Assembly (NCBI RefSeq): GCF_048593235.1
Contig: NC_133618.1
Location: 657,398,361-657,462,360, forward strand
DNA length: 64,000 bases
Origin: Sminthopsis crassicaudata
Taxonomy: Eukaryota
Direction of reading: 5' to 3'
Part shown: in pieces, positions 46,723 through 59,539 of the stretch
How positions within the stretch are numbered: position 1 is the stretch's first letter
Layout: the number at the start of each line of letters is the position of its first letter
Made by a program: the position numbers and the translations under genes
The notes under the pieces: model-generated
Seen by the model: only the letters and a program-made list of their open reading frames with translations
Told to the model about the DNA's origin: nothing
The model's database searches: none

Positions 46723-49700
46723 ATTTCTGACAGTCACTTAGTACGTTCAGGACACCAGGCAGTTAACTTCTCTGAGACTCAGTCTCCTCATCTGTAGATT
46801 GGGAGGATGAGGTCCAGTTTTCATCTATGGTCCCAAGATTAGATTGTACTGTCCCCCCCACACACACAGAGGTCCCCATCCTTCCCCAGCACCCAGGTCT
46901 CTGTCATCCATCAGAGAGGCCCCACCCTTTGTATGCCCCCTGCCTCCTCCTCCACCATGAGCCCCATAATGCTACTTGGCTGCCCTGGGCCCAGCCCAGT
47001 CTCTACAAGCCAGCTGAGGAAACACTTTGTCTTGAGAGGTGGCTGAGGGCCAGTCCCCGGCTCTCTCTGGATCAGTCCCTGAGGCAGGATATCTCCTCTG
47101 TGGCTCTTCCTGCTCTCTCCCTTTCTCCTGTGCTCCCCTTTCCCCCTCCTTTCCAGGCCCCAGGACCCTTGTTCCAGATACATGTTCAGGCCTTAGGGAG
47201 GAAGGCTTCCCTGACCATTAGCTCTCCTTGCCACCCTCCCTGATCATCTCAAAACTGTCCTTCCCTTGGCAGAGAAATGTGCAAGCTTTCCCCTTTCAAT
47301 CTTCCCCCTGCTGTGTGTCTCCCCCAAACCCAAAGGATCCCAAGGCTTTGAGAGTTCCAAGGGCCTAGGCTGCTCATTCAGCTTCTGGGATGGCTAAGAT
47401 CCCAGGCCAGCTCTGCCCAAGGTCAAAGAAGCAGGCTGGGGCCTCTGGGGGAACCCAGGAGTTCTGGCTTCAGGCACCCAGAAGGAAGCTGCCCCCTCCC
47501 CTCCCTGACAGCAGCCAGCTTTGCTGGGCCAGCTTAGGGGTCCGAAGAATGTCCTGCAAGGAGCCCAGCCCAGCACTGAGGGGCTCAGGAAACACTGATG
47601 ATGGAGGTCAAGCTCCCAGGCCAAAGGTCCTCATCTGTCCTTGGTGCCATGTGTCCCAGTCTGTGTCTAGCTCAGCTCACTGACCACAAATGGGGGCACC
47701 CACAGAGTGGGCCTGGCAAGTGCAGGGGCCCCAGGAGCCCTGGGCTTCAAGCCCCTCCAGGGTCTCCTCAACAATGGAGAGGCTCAGACTCAAGGACTCC
47801 CAAGACCTCCTCCAGTCTGTATGCATAGAGCCCAGTACACAGCAGTCTCTTGATTGATTTCCTGATGGACAGATACATGATCCTCGGATCAGAGACTTTA
47901 ATCCTAGCTTTAGGACCATCAGCTTGTCCAGTTTGGGGAGGATGATGGGAAAGGGGATTGGGAGAGGAGGCAGGGAGGTCGCTTAGGAGGCCACAGCAGG
48001 ATTCCTGGGAAGAGGATTGGCCCTAGGAGCTTTCACAGACCCCATGACAATTCTGCTGTGGAACCGATCATGATACAAGAGCTTAGCCTTGGGACTGGCT
48101 GGCCAGGGCCCCGCCTGAGGTCAGCCAGGGGGCTGCAATCCTCAGCTCTTTTCCCAGAGGTTGGAGAGAGTTCTCTGACCTATATCTGCCTTTATTATTA
48201 GCTCCCAAGCCTCGGAGCCTGGGACAAATGCTGCCTGCAACACAATTCTAGGAACTGTTGACATATCTGCCGTTTCCATCCCAGGCAGCCCCAGCCAGTT
48301 TAAACAGCCGGAGGGATCAGCATGCTGGTGGCTGGCCCAGCTGGCCCGGGCGGCTGCTGCTGTTCCCAGGCAGAAGCAAGGAAGCATTGTTGTTGTTTTC
48401 GGGACACAGGGAAGACTGGGTGTCCCAGCAAATGGCACATGATGTCAGCGTGGAGGGCGGGGGAAAGCCAGCCAACAAGAGGTGGGGGGCCGCTCCCTGC
48501 TGGGCCCAGCCTGACCTGGGAGAGCCAGGAGGGGAGGCTGGCCTTTCTCCCCTCCTGCCGCTCTTCCCTCCTCCTACTGGACGGCCCTACCTGTTGGGAG
48601 AGGTCCCCAGGCCTTTTTCTGAGCTCCAGTGTGAGCCCCACTTCTTCCTGCCCTTGCCTTGGTCCCCACCCAGATGCTAGGTGCTAAGTGCCCCTAGCAC
48701 CGCCCCTAGTCAAGCTGGGAGGAGGTCACGGAACCTTCTGCTGCTCACACTCATCAATCAATCCCGACAGGGTGCGATCCCGCAAAGGCCACATCAGGGA
48801 TGCCCAAAAGATGGCTCTTCTTCCTCGTCCCCAGCAGAATCAACAAATCTCATCCTGTCCCAGCCCAAGGAGAGACTCCGGAAGCTTGTTGTTGCTCAGT
48901 CATCTTTCAGTCATGTCCCATCCTCTGTCCTCCCTTTGGGGGGGTCTTCTTGGCAAGGCACTGGAAGAGTTCCACTTTCTTTGGCTCATTTTACAGATGA
49001 GGAAACTGAGTGAGACAGAGTCACACAACTAGGAAACAGCAGAGTCTGGCTTTGAACTCAAGAAAATGAGTCTTAGAAGAGGCAGGAGTTTACATTCTAT
49101 CAAACAAACACATAAGGAAATACAAAGTCTCTCTGGGACTCAGTTTCCTCAACTTTACCATGGGGACATTAGATTCAATGATCTCTAAAATCCCTTCTAG
49201 GAACACTGGATCTGAATCCTGACTCTGATGTCTGCTAGTTATGTGTTTCTTCTTTGTATCTCAGTTACTTCATCTAAAAATTAGGGAAATAAAGGGGGGA
49301 AATAGGGAAATAAAGTAATAAAAGGGGAAAATTAGAGGAATAAAGGAATAAAGGGGAAAAATACCCAGACTCAGGCCAAAGAAGGTATCTTGTGTCCAGC
49401 TGAGAAGAAAAATGGGAAAATATCACTAGGAGGAGTTCTTTTCCATCTCTGACCTGGCAGTCTTCTCAACCTGAAGATGCAGCCACCCTTTTAATCCTCC
49501 TGTTGTTGGTGAGTTCCTGCCTGGGACTACCATCTCAGGAAGTGCCCAGGCCATCAATGCTCTTTTCTATCCTAGCTCAGCTCTTGAATTTAGACTTTCC
49601 AATGTCTACAACAATCAGGCCCCTTTCCCCTCTCAAGCACAGTCCTCAGACTCCCATTTATTTAACATTTCCCCCCTTAGAATGTTGGGACTATTTCTGT

Positions 49701-50564
49701 TTTTGTCTTGTATTTGTATCTCTTAGGACTGTGGCTGACATTAATAAAGGTACTATCTGTCTGTCTGTCTTAAGACTTGCAATAAGGCCCGGATGACAGG
49801 GCCTCGGGTTCAATCATCATTGACTATGATGTACCCACTATGCACATGGTCCTGCGAAAGGAATTGTGCGTCCCTGACTTCAAGAAATTCACCAGACAGT
49901 ACATTTTGGATTGTGACTTACCCACACACAGCCAGCATCTGAGGCTCACATTTGAACTCAGGTTCTTCCAACTTCTACCTAGCTATTCTGACGACAGTAT
50001 ATAAATTAGTATCAAATTCTTAGCCTAGATTTGGAGCCAGAAGAGACTTTCTGAAACTCTTATTCTCAAGGTAAGGCAAAGAAGGCCCAGATTGTCCAAG
50101 GTCCCACAGGGACTAAGTGCCTCTGACTCCCTAAAGCAGGGTTCTTTCCACTCTTACACTCACAATAAGCTTCCCCCTAGTTTTCTGACCAGTTTTTTAC
50201 TGCATGAAGGGAGTGCTCAGGTTGATAGGGCAGCCCCTGGATATACCAGTGTGGTGTTTAGTTAAGGAAATGGGCAGATCCCATCCCACTTCCTAAAAAC
50301 TGGTGCCAGAATCCCATCCCCTCAGCCAGACCAATGCCTACCTTCCTTTTACAGAGAATCCTTTCTCTGGAAATAGTGATTTGCACTGTATCTGTTCAGA
50401 ACTTCCCCACCCCAGAGATTCCTTCCAAATCTGCCCCAGGATTAGTGAAGACCCTGATCCACTTTGTGGCTTCACTATCCAACTATGGGAACAGAACTGA
50501 GGATGGTAACAAGTCTTAGGTTTCCTTCCCTGGCTTGGAAAGTATCCTCCCTGGGCAGGAAGTC

Positions 50565-50750
50565 TGCTGTCTGTCTATCTTTCTCTGTCTCTGTCTCTTA
50601 TTTCTATTTCTGTATCTCTGTCTCTATCTATGTATTTGTCTCTCTCTCAGTCTCTGTCTCTATCTCTGTGTCTCTGTCTCTGTCTCTCTATCTCTGTCCA
50701 GTCTCTGTCTCTATCTCTGTGTCTGTGTCTGTGTCTCTGTCTCTCTCCCT

Positions 50751-50793
<43 letters not shown>
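50565..50793. repeat. Compound microsatellite: (TCTCTG/TCTCTA)n-like tract followed by (CA)21 (50752-50793)
   Basis: Read directly from the sequence. Confidence 0.95.
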
Positions 50794-50795
<2 letters not shown>

Positions 50796-50964
50796 CATTT
50801 TGCCCTCATTGTGGGCAAATTTTCTGCACTCTCCAAATATCTCTAACCAAAGGGCTGGCCCTGGATAAAAGAAGCTCAAGTCTTTGAGTCACTTTGTCCA
50901 AGTTTGCTCACCTCCAGCTGCCTGATGCGAATGCAGGAGGTCTGTCAGCATGCAGGAAAAAGGC

Positions 50965-51500
50965 TAGGGGGTGCCATAGTGCACAAAGAGCTGGGTCTGG
51001 GATCAAGGAGACCTGAGTTCAAATGCAGCCTCAGATATTTACTAGCCATATAACCTGTTTGTCTCAGTTTCCCCAACTGTAAATGGGGTAATAACAGCAT
51101 CGACCAACCAGGGTTCTTGTGAGGGTCAATTAAGATAATATCTGTAAAGTGCTTGTATCACACTACAGGTATTACATACATTTTTAGCTATAAATATATG
51201 GGTATAAGATGTAGCATGTTGGATTCTTGGGTTAGGAAGATCTGAGTTCAAATGTAGCACCAGATGTTTACTGGGTGTGTCAAAATAGGCAAATCATTTA
51301 ATCTCTCAGTTTCCATATCTATAAAATGGGAACAAAGATAAAATGTGTAAAGCATTTTTTTTAAACTTAAGAGTGTTTTCTAAATAATAATTTTTTCAGG
51401 AGGCAATTGGAGTTAAGTGTCTCCCCCAGGGTCACACAGTTAATAAGTGTCTGGATTGGAACTCAGATCCTCCTGACTCGAGGCCAGTGCTCCATCCACT
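50965..51500. mobile_element. Cluster of three CORE-SINE/MIR-family fragments (two +, one -)
   Basis: gacctgagttcaaat..cctcagatatttactagc..cagtttccccaactgtaaatgggg; a second gatctgagttcaaat; an antisense ggcaattggagttaagtg..ggtcacacag. Confidence 0.75.
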
Positions 51501-51944
51501 TTTTCACTTACCTATGCCATTAACTCTTCTGTTAATAATATTATTGCCAACAGCATTTTAAAAAACCCTCTCTGGCCAGGTCATTCACCATCTAGTTGGG
51601 AGGACTTGGTGTAATGCATAGGCCTGAGAAACTAAGGAAATCTCCAGGATGCTGAGTGTCCAGGACAAAGGAGGTGAGACATTGGTCCTCTGTTCTCTGC
51701 TCCGCTTAGACTATGTCTAGAGTGCTGAGCTCATTTGTGGGTCCCTTATTTGAGGGAGAGCAGACATGCCCTAAAGATCTTCCTGCTAGAGTGTGGACAA
51801 GATGAGGGAACACGCTATCTGAAGATTGCTCGAAGGAGCTGAGGGTTCCTAACCTGAAGAATGAATTTGAGAAAATGTAGGAAGTCATGTAGAAGAATAG
51901 GCTAATAATGCTAGCCAGCATTTATAGAGCGCTTTTATATTTAT

Positions 51945-52204
51945 TTTTTAATAAAGCTTTTTATTTTCAAAACATATGCACAGATAATTTGACAACATTG
52001 ACCCTCTATTGCCTTGTGTTTCAGATTTTCTCTCCCTTCCCCCTACCTCCTCCCCTAAATGGCAGGCAATCCAGTATATGTTAAACATATTAAAATATAT
52101 GTTAAATCCAATATGTATAAACATATTTATATAAGTCTCTTGCTGCACAAGAAAATTCAGTTCAAAAAAAGAAAGTAAATGAGTAAGAAAACAAAATGCA
52201 GCAT
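51945..52204 (-). mobile_element. L1 3' end
   Basis: aaagctttttattttcaaaacatatgca signature; 12-bp TSD ttttatatttat at 51933-51944 and 52205-52216. Confidence 0.85.
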
Positions 52205-52254
52205 TTTTATATTTATAAACTACTTTAAATGCCAGTCATCTCTAAAGTCTTGGT

Positions 52255-52500
52255 ACATTCAAGGCAATCCCAATAGACTTTGGATAGAAAATACCATCTG
52301 CATCCAGAAAAAGAACTATGGAGATTGAATGTAAACCAACATATGTTATGTTCACTTCTTTTTTCTGTTTGTTTTTTTTTTTTTTAATCTCACCCGTGGT
52401 TTTTTTTTTTTCTTCCTTTTTGCTCTGATTTTTCTCTCCCAACATAATTCATAAAGCAACCTGTATTAAAAATAAATAAATAAATATATTAAAAATAAAC
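52255..52500 (+). mobile_element. L1 3'-end short-tail variant (copy 3)
   Basis: gaaaataccatctgcatccagaaaaagaactatggag..tctcccaacataattcataaagcaacctgtattaaaaataaa. Confidence 0.75.
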
Positions 52501-52504
52501 AATT

Positions 52505-52615
52505 AAGTCTGGATACAGTTTTAAGCCAAAGTGGAATCCATCGCCTAGGTGATAGAGACCTCTCCATCCCTGGAGACATTCAAAGCAGAGATTGGATGAT
52601 TTTGGTAGTATTTGA
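52505..52615 (+). mobile_element. Ancient L3/CR1 3' fragment
   Basis: ctctccatccctggagacattcaaagcagagattggatg resembles the CR1/L3 3' end. Confidence 0.5.
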
Positions 52616-54019
52616 GAATGGCCACATGGAAAAAGCAATGTATTTGGTGCCCAAGGGACTGTTTTCAAATTCTGACTTTGTTACTTCTTAGCTGTATGAT
52701 CTTGGTCAAGTCACTTCCTATCTTATATGTAAAATTGGAGGATTGAATCAGAGGTCTCTTCCAGCTCTGAATCTGGATCCTTTGATGTTGAACTCTATGA
52801 AACAAGGCAATATGAGCCACTCAGTCAACTTTTATTAAGCCTCTATTATCTGTCCCAGAAAAGCAAAATCCAGCACCTGCCCTCAGGGAACTCACAGTCT
52901 TTAAGTAACTTTCCATCTTTAGGAAAAGCTACCTAACCTTCCTGGCCAATAGATAAGGCCATTTGGAGTAGTAGTCAGAGATGATATGACCTCATATCCA
53001 TGAGTCTCTATTTTAGCCCATAAAAGGGGTCTGCTGTGGCCCAGTGGACATTTTATCCAAATAAGGGCCTACAGAGAACCCAAGCCAGGATGGAAGCCCC
53101 CCCCTCCCAACACTACAGGCTGATGGGAAATTAAACAACTAAAAATTCCACAAAGAATTAACAGCCAGGTGAGGCCATCTCTGCCACGGGTCCCCACTTC
53201 TGAGGGAAAAGGGGCCAGCCACAGGCCCGAGATGCCAAACCAGAGACAGCCAGCTTCAGCCAGTGTGAGACTGGCTGTTTTTCACTGTAACCTCAGTTGG
53301 TGGGGTGGGGCAGGAGTGGTTGCCTGGGGCAGCTGGAATGGAGAGAACTTGGGTGTGCTTAGGCCCCTGATGCCATTACCTGTCTGGGCATGGGGTGACT
53401 CATTTCCTCATCGAGCCTGTTTGGAGTTGGGGATGGGGACCAAGAGGAGAGAAAGAAATTCTAAAAATAGTAGGGCCCTAGGGGATGATGGAAGGAGGCT
53501 GAAAGCTTTGGCTGAAGACAGGAGGGAGGAGCCATCCTCCCCAGAGATCTAGATACCTGAGAGGTGCCCTCAATGTGAACTTCCCCCTCCTCTGCCCAGG
53601 AGCCTGTGGGACTACAGGGATTCAAGATGGAAGAAAAGTTAGAGGGCGCCTAGTCAATCCCCTCCCCAGTTTTATAGAGGAGAAAATGGAGGGCAAGGGA
53701 GGTGAAGGGTGAGCTTGTCCCCAAGTCACACCAGTGGTACAGGATGTCAAATGTCTGAGGGTGGGACAATTTCATTTTTGTCTGTGGTTCACCAAGATCT
53801 AGCACTTTATTAATGCTTGTTGATGACTTACAGTCAATCAAAGAGCTGAAATCCAAAGGTGCATCTTGGGACTCCAAATTCAATGGGATTTTAGCCTGGA
53901 GTTGGGGGAGGGGGAGCAGGGAGAAGTAGAAGGCAGGTCTAGAAGCTGGAGTGGGGAAAGGACAGGAAACACCTGGCAGACGGAGCCAAGGAAAATGGCA
54001 CCCAAGCTATCAACAGTAA

Positions 54020-54555
54020 CCAGATGGAAAGAAATGCTCTAAATCACTAAGAACTAGAGAAATGCAAATTAAAGCAACTCCAAAAGCTTCTACCTCACAA
54101 ACATCAGATTGGAAAGAGGACAAAAAAAGGAAAGTGACATATGCTGGAGGGACTGTGGGAAAAAAGGCCCTTTGGTGGAACTGTGAACTGGTCCAGCCAT
54201 TTTGGAGAGCTTTTTGGAACTCTGCCTAGAAAATTACTGAACTGTGTGCAACAGTCTCACTCCTAGCCTTTTACTCCCAGAGGGATCAAAGAAAGAAGAA
54301 AAAGACCGATATGTACAAAAAAAAAAAAAATGTTTACAGCAGCTGTTTTTTATTAATAGTCAAGAATTATAAAATAAGAGTCTGACCTATGGGGGAATGA
54401 CTGGACAAATTGTGGTAGATGGATGTAATGAAATATTGTTGTGCCATAGGAATGATAAAATAGTTTCAGAGAAAACTCTTAAGATCTGATGCAGAGTGAA
54501 ATGAATAGAACCAGAACAACTTAGACAATGACATTGCAAAAAAAACTTTGAGGGA
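54020..54555 (+). mobile_element. Degraded L1 ORF2 C-terminal fragment
   Basis: agagaaatgcaaattaaagcaactc..tgctggagggactgtgggaaa..ggtggaactgtgaactggtccagccattttggagagc. Confidence 0.8.
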
Positions 54556-54582
54556 CATAGATAATAAGATAATCCCACGAGG

Positions 54583-54982
54583 TGCAGTGTCCCCTGAATT
54601 TACAGGCCGGAAAACCTAGATTGATAAATAAAAGATTTATTGTAGAAATTTGGAAGTAAGGTTAAGTTAGAAAGACGCCAGAGCCAAAGGTGGCCGCCGG
54701 GAGGGCAGGAATCCCTACATGGCTGGAAGGATACCATGTGTTGACTGGGAGGGCTCCTGTGAAGAGAGCTCCAGCTTGGCCCTTTATATATCTAGAAGAT
54801 GATGGGCGGTACCCCTAAGTTCTAGGTGGGCTTTTCAGTTAGCTCAGATCAGGTGGGGGGGGGGGAAGCTGAGGTGATGGAGGGGGCTGGGCCCGGATAT
54901 TCAAAGGGTGCCTTTGACCAGGATTTGTGAATCTAGGTCAGTCATGGGTTGGGCAATTAGAAAGGAATCTCAACCTCCATCA
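54583..54982 (-). mobile_element. ERV solo-LTR-like element, antisense
   Basis: TG..CA ends; on the minus strand TATATAAA (54783-54790) then AATAAA (54636-54641); shares aaaacctagattgat (54611-54625) with the 9.9-kb LTR. No TSD found. Confidence 0.6.
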
Positions 54983-55873
54983 CTTTCTTCCTTTTCCTCT
55001 CTCTTCTACTCTCTCTCTTTCCTTCTCTCCCTAACCTATTCCTTCCCTTCTTCCTTCCTTCCCTCCCTCCTCTCCTTCCTTCCTTTCTTTCCTTTGCATC
55101 AAACAAATGAATGCTTAATAATTGAAAAATAAAATAATTACAAATATTTTTAAAAGAGAATAACGTTTTGGAGTTTATCCATGGTTTGATCTTGCCAGGA
55201 CAAAGAACTAATGGTTAGATTCCCTACTCCTGATGGGATACTACTCAAATAAAAGGTGGGAATACAAGGAAAACCAAAAATTTTCCCTGCCCTCAAGGAT
55301 TTTATAATCTAATGGAGGAGGGGAGTAAGTGATGAGATTATTCACAAATTACATAAAGATTATCTGGAAGACAGGAAAAGACATCCTAACTCAAGGGAAG
55401 TTTTCAGCTGTAAATAGGGAATGAGAGAGGGATGAATCCAATTTCTGTCCCTTTGCTTAGACCATAAAATAGAGAAAATTCTGAGAGTAAGAGTGCCTGT
55501 GTTGTACACTGGATCAAGAACTAAGTCTCTTTCCAAAAGCAGAAATAAATGCTGATATTCCCTCAAACTGCACGTATTGTGGTTAACAGTCATTTTGTAA
55601 ATCTATTGTTTCAAAATCCCAATGCAGTTTAATAAGGGAAACAATGTTATCCTAGTTTCCAGGCAACCTATAAAAGCATGTTTCACCCAGAGTATCCTAA
55701 AGCTTTGTAAGGTGGAATACACTCTAACCTTCCTGTGTAACAGTGTTTCTGTAGAAAATGTGTTTAGATTTCCATTTAGGAAGTCCAGAAATTCAACTCA
55801 TCTTGCCCATCTTATTGAAAGTGTGACTCTGGGTAATTCATGGCACTCACAGAAGGGCCTCAGTTCTCTTATT

Positions 55874-56032
55874 TTTTTTTTAAATAGTTTTTATTTACCA
55901 TATATTTGCATGGGTAATTTTACAACATTGACAATTGCCAAACCATTTGTTCCACTTTTTCCCCTTCTTCACCCCCCCCAATATGGCAGGTTGACCAATA
56001 CATGTTAAATATGTTAGAGTATAAATTAAATA

Positions 56033-56091
<59 letters not shown>

Positions 56092-56161
56092 GACTAAACA
56101 GTTATTTTGCTGAACAAAAAGAATCGGATTTTGAAATAGTGTATGTACATTTGGCCTGTGA
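55874..56161 (-). mobile_element. L1 3' end containing an expanded (TA)26 microsatellite (56037-56088)
   Basis: L1 3'UTR signature; TSD-like ctcagttctcttatt / ctcagttcccgtatt (13/15) at 55859-55873 and 56162-56176. Confidence 0.8.
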
Positions 56162-56590
56162 CTCAGTTCCCGTATTAAAGAATAATTAAATTCCCCAAAC
56201 ATTGAATAGGACCCTAGGTTACCCACCGTACACGATTGTCATTCTTGGGGAACTTTCCTTGAAGCAGACATATGGATTATGATCGTACCTGGGGCCACCT
56301 AGAACCATGATTACAACAATGAAGGGAACTCTCAGTATGGCAACTCCCTCCTTCACTCATTGTGATTTATACATTTAGAGAATTACGCAGAAGCTCTGAG
56401 AGGTATAAGTGATCTGTCCAAAGTGTCAGAGATGGAAGATGAACTCAGGTCTTTAGCGCTCTGAAGGTGGCATTCTACAGTGGAAATAGCTCTGGATTTG
56501 CAGTTAGAAGGCTCTATCTCTGCCTTTTCTCATGTGACCTCAGGCAACCTTCTGGACTTAAATTTCCTCATCTTTAAAACAAGAGAGTTG

Positions 56591-56739
56591 GGGGCAGCTA
56601 GGAGGTGCAATGCATAGAGCACCAGCCCTGAAGTCAGGAGGATCTGAGTTCAAATTCAGCCTCAGACACTTAATACATCCTATCTGTGTGACCCTGGGAA
56701 AGTCACTTAACCCCAATTGCCTCAGCAAAACAAACAGAT
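56591..56739 (+). mobile_element. Full-length WSINE1-type SINE nested in a MIR
   Basis: ggggcagctaggaggtgcaatgcatagagcaccagccctgaagtcaggagg head; TSD 14/16 at 56577-56592 and 56740-56755. Confidence 0.9.
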
Positions 56740-57098
56740 AAACAAGAGGATTGGGTATAACACTTCTAAGGCCCTTTCTAGCTCTATAGTCATGGCATGA
56801 TATGACCATGACCTCCCCCAGCAAATAGGAAAGCCCCTTTCCCTTAATCTAAACCCTGGCCTGCTGGGCTCAAAGGGGAATGGGGATGGAGACAGGAGCA
56901 AGATGGAGGCAGAGTGCATATAAAGACCAGAACCTCTTGGGAACACTTCTATATGCAAGTAAGCTCTCTAATGTGAATTTTTCTTAAGAGACCCACCTTC
57001 TTCCTTCAGTTTCCACCTGTTACAAAAGGTTTTTGCTGTTTCTACTGTAGAACAAGACATAGCCTTCCTGTCTCTGGTTTCTAAAGACAGCCCACATA

Positions 57099-57099
<1 letters not shown>

Positions 57100-57138
<39 letters not shown>

Positions 57139-57143
57139 AGAGA
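57100..57143. repeat. (CA)18(GA)4 microsatellite
   Basis: Read directly from the sequence. Confidence 0.95.
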
Positions 57144-59229
57144 ACTCTTTTGAGGTTTTCTTAGTGTTTCTACTGCTGTAACAACAGGAAACAGAAGGTA
57201 AAAAGTAAGAAGGCTCTTTCCCATGCTTTTCAAATTCTTTTTCTTTTCATTTCCCTCCCCTGAGATCTTAGGGGAAAGACAAATAGCAACCCAATATAAT
57301 GTTTCACTCAGAGTATACAAAAGACTGAAGTGAGACATGTTAATGTGTCAGAAGAAAACCCAGAATCATCAGCCTTCCTTTCTCAGAAAAGGACAGTGTG
57401 TCTGGCAGGGAGAGGAAACATGATAAGGACTAAGACACTGGCACTTAATATCTTCTTCTGCTCTCCTAATTTCTTTTCCCACCTGAGAGTTAGGTCACTG
57501 AGGCTGCTGCCCTCAGAGTTCTAGTTCAGGGTATCCCTTGGATAGCCAATGGAAACTATAGCTCATGAGCCCCCACTAGTATGTTTCTATTACAATCAAT
57601 AGACACAATTAACCCTTTTTTTAAAACAATTAACTCTTAACAAAGAATTTATTAAGATGGCATAGTAATATTAATAGCTACAAAACATCCCCCCAATAAA
57701 TATTCACCCACAAATACACTTAGGGAACACATATGGTCACCCCAAGTAATAACTCTGGGACTGCAAGATTTCTCTGTCCTTTCTCTGTAGTAGAATCTCC
57801 ACCATGTTCCTGCATGGGTAAAGGATTTCTTTTGGGGGGTTACTAAGCTTTCAGGGTCTTTACTCTCCATAGCTTGAATCATAATGGCTGGGGTGAGCTC
57901 TGTCTTGAATCCATAGCTAACTTTCAATGCTTCTGCCAGGGATCACACTCTGCAGTTGCTTCTGGCCTTAAGTGACTATCCTTCTGTATCTGTTTTCCTA
58001 CTGTCTGCTGGGTACAATGTCTCCCACTGGTTATAACTGCATTAAATTGATGTAGGTGATGTGGGGAAGAAGAATAGAAATTTAGAGGGAAGGGGGAAGA
58101 AGAAGGAAATTGTTCCCTCCTCCCCAAAGAGCTGATCCCTCTCAGGGGCCAGGTTCATGATCCATTTCTGATTATCAGTTTAAACCACTTTTAACTTCTT
58201 TTTTTCTTTCTCAATTCTGTATAATACCCCCTACCAAGAAAATAACATTCTTTTTCTAAATTTTGAGTTCCAAAATCTCTCCCTTCCTCCCTCACCTCCC
58301 ACTTCCTAGAGATAGCAAGCAATTTGATATAGATTATACATGTGCAGTCATGCAAAACATTTCATATTAGCCATGTTGCAAAAGAAAACACAGACAAAAC
58401 CAATCCAAGAACAATAAAATAGGTTAAGAAATATTTCAATCTTCATTTACACTCTTCAGTTCTTCCTCTGGAGGTGGATAGCACTTTTCATCTAAGTCTT
58501 TCAGATTCAACAACTGACTCTTAAAGACTACCTGGGTGTATGGCCAGCTTCCATCAGCTCCATCTTCAATTCAATCAAGAGATTCATGTGTCCTAAAGTG
58601 TTAATACTTTATTACTTATTTCTTTTTATTTATTTATTGTGATGATTTTATTGGAGTCAAGCAATGAATCTCCCCCTCTCTCAAAATATCATAGATTCAG
58701 AATTATGTCTTGCAGAAGTCCAGTTCAACACATCCATTTTATAATTAAAGGAAATAGCTCAAGGGGGGAAATACCTAAAGTAATATAGATAAGTGCAGAG
58801 GCAGGATTTGAAACCCTCCAAAATAAGGGGAAGAAGCAGACCCAAGACTTCATTTAAGCTTGCCTCAACTTTGCCATGGCCAGACTCACCTTTGACAAGT
58901 ATGGATTCACTGGAAAGTGGGGGGAGAATTTAGGTAGAGCTGAACCCAAATTCAGATGCTTCCTTTTTGTCTTTGTACCCCCAGGACCTAGCATGGGGCT
59001 TAGATGTTCAATAAATGCTGGTTGGTTGACTGCAGATAATAGCTAACTATGCTTCTATTTGCATTATAATTTCTTTGGGATATGGTATGATAGTGGCCAG
59101 GAGCAACTGAGCAAGTTACAGTTAGCTTCCTATCATGATTCCCATAATTGATTTTCTGACAGAAACAAAGCTATTAGTGTGGAGTATTTTCAGAACAATG
59201 AAGATCTCATTTTATAAAATCATACTGTC

Positions 59230-59530
59230 CTAGAATTGGAAGTTGGAAGTGATTTTGAAGGTCATCTTAGCTAGCTTGATACCTACCCAAAGCATTTATG
59301 AAATACTAAGAGAAGATCACCCAGTACCCACTTGAACACATTCAGGGATAGGGAAATCATTACTAGCCTTGAACAAGTCCATTTCATTTCTGAACAATCT
59401 TAATTTCTAGGAAATGTAACCTTAAGTTGAATTAAAATTTGCCTCTCTGTAATTCCTGCTTCTTCATCCTCATTCTGTTTTTCTGGGCTAAGTAAAATAA
59501 ATCTGATCCTTCATCTATTGTATAAACCCT
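59230..59530. mobile_element. Ancient L3/CR1-like fragment
   Basis: cacttgaacacattcagggatagggaaatcattact..ccatttcatttctgaacaatcttaatttctaggaa..tttgcctctctgtaatt resembles L3-type sequence. Confidence 0.45.
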
Positions 59531-59539
59531 TATGTTTCT

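Noticed and set aside
50464-50887. S/V/L/C/H/T-repeat ORFs
   Set aside because: Translations of the compound microsatellite.
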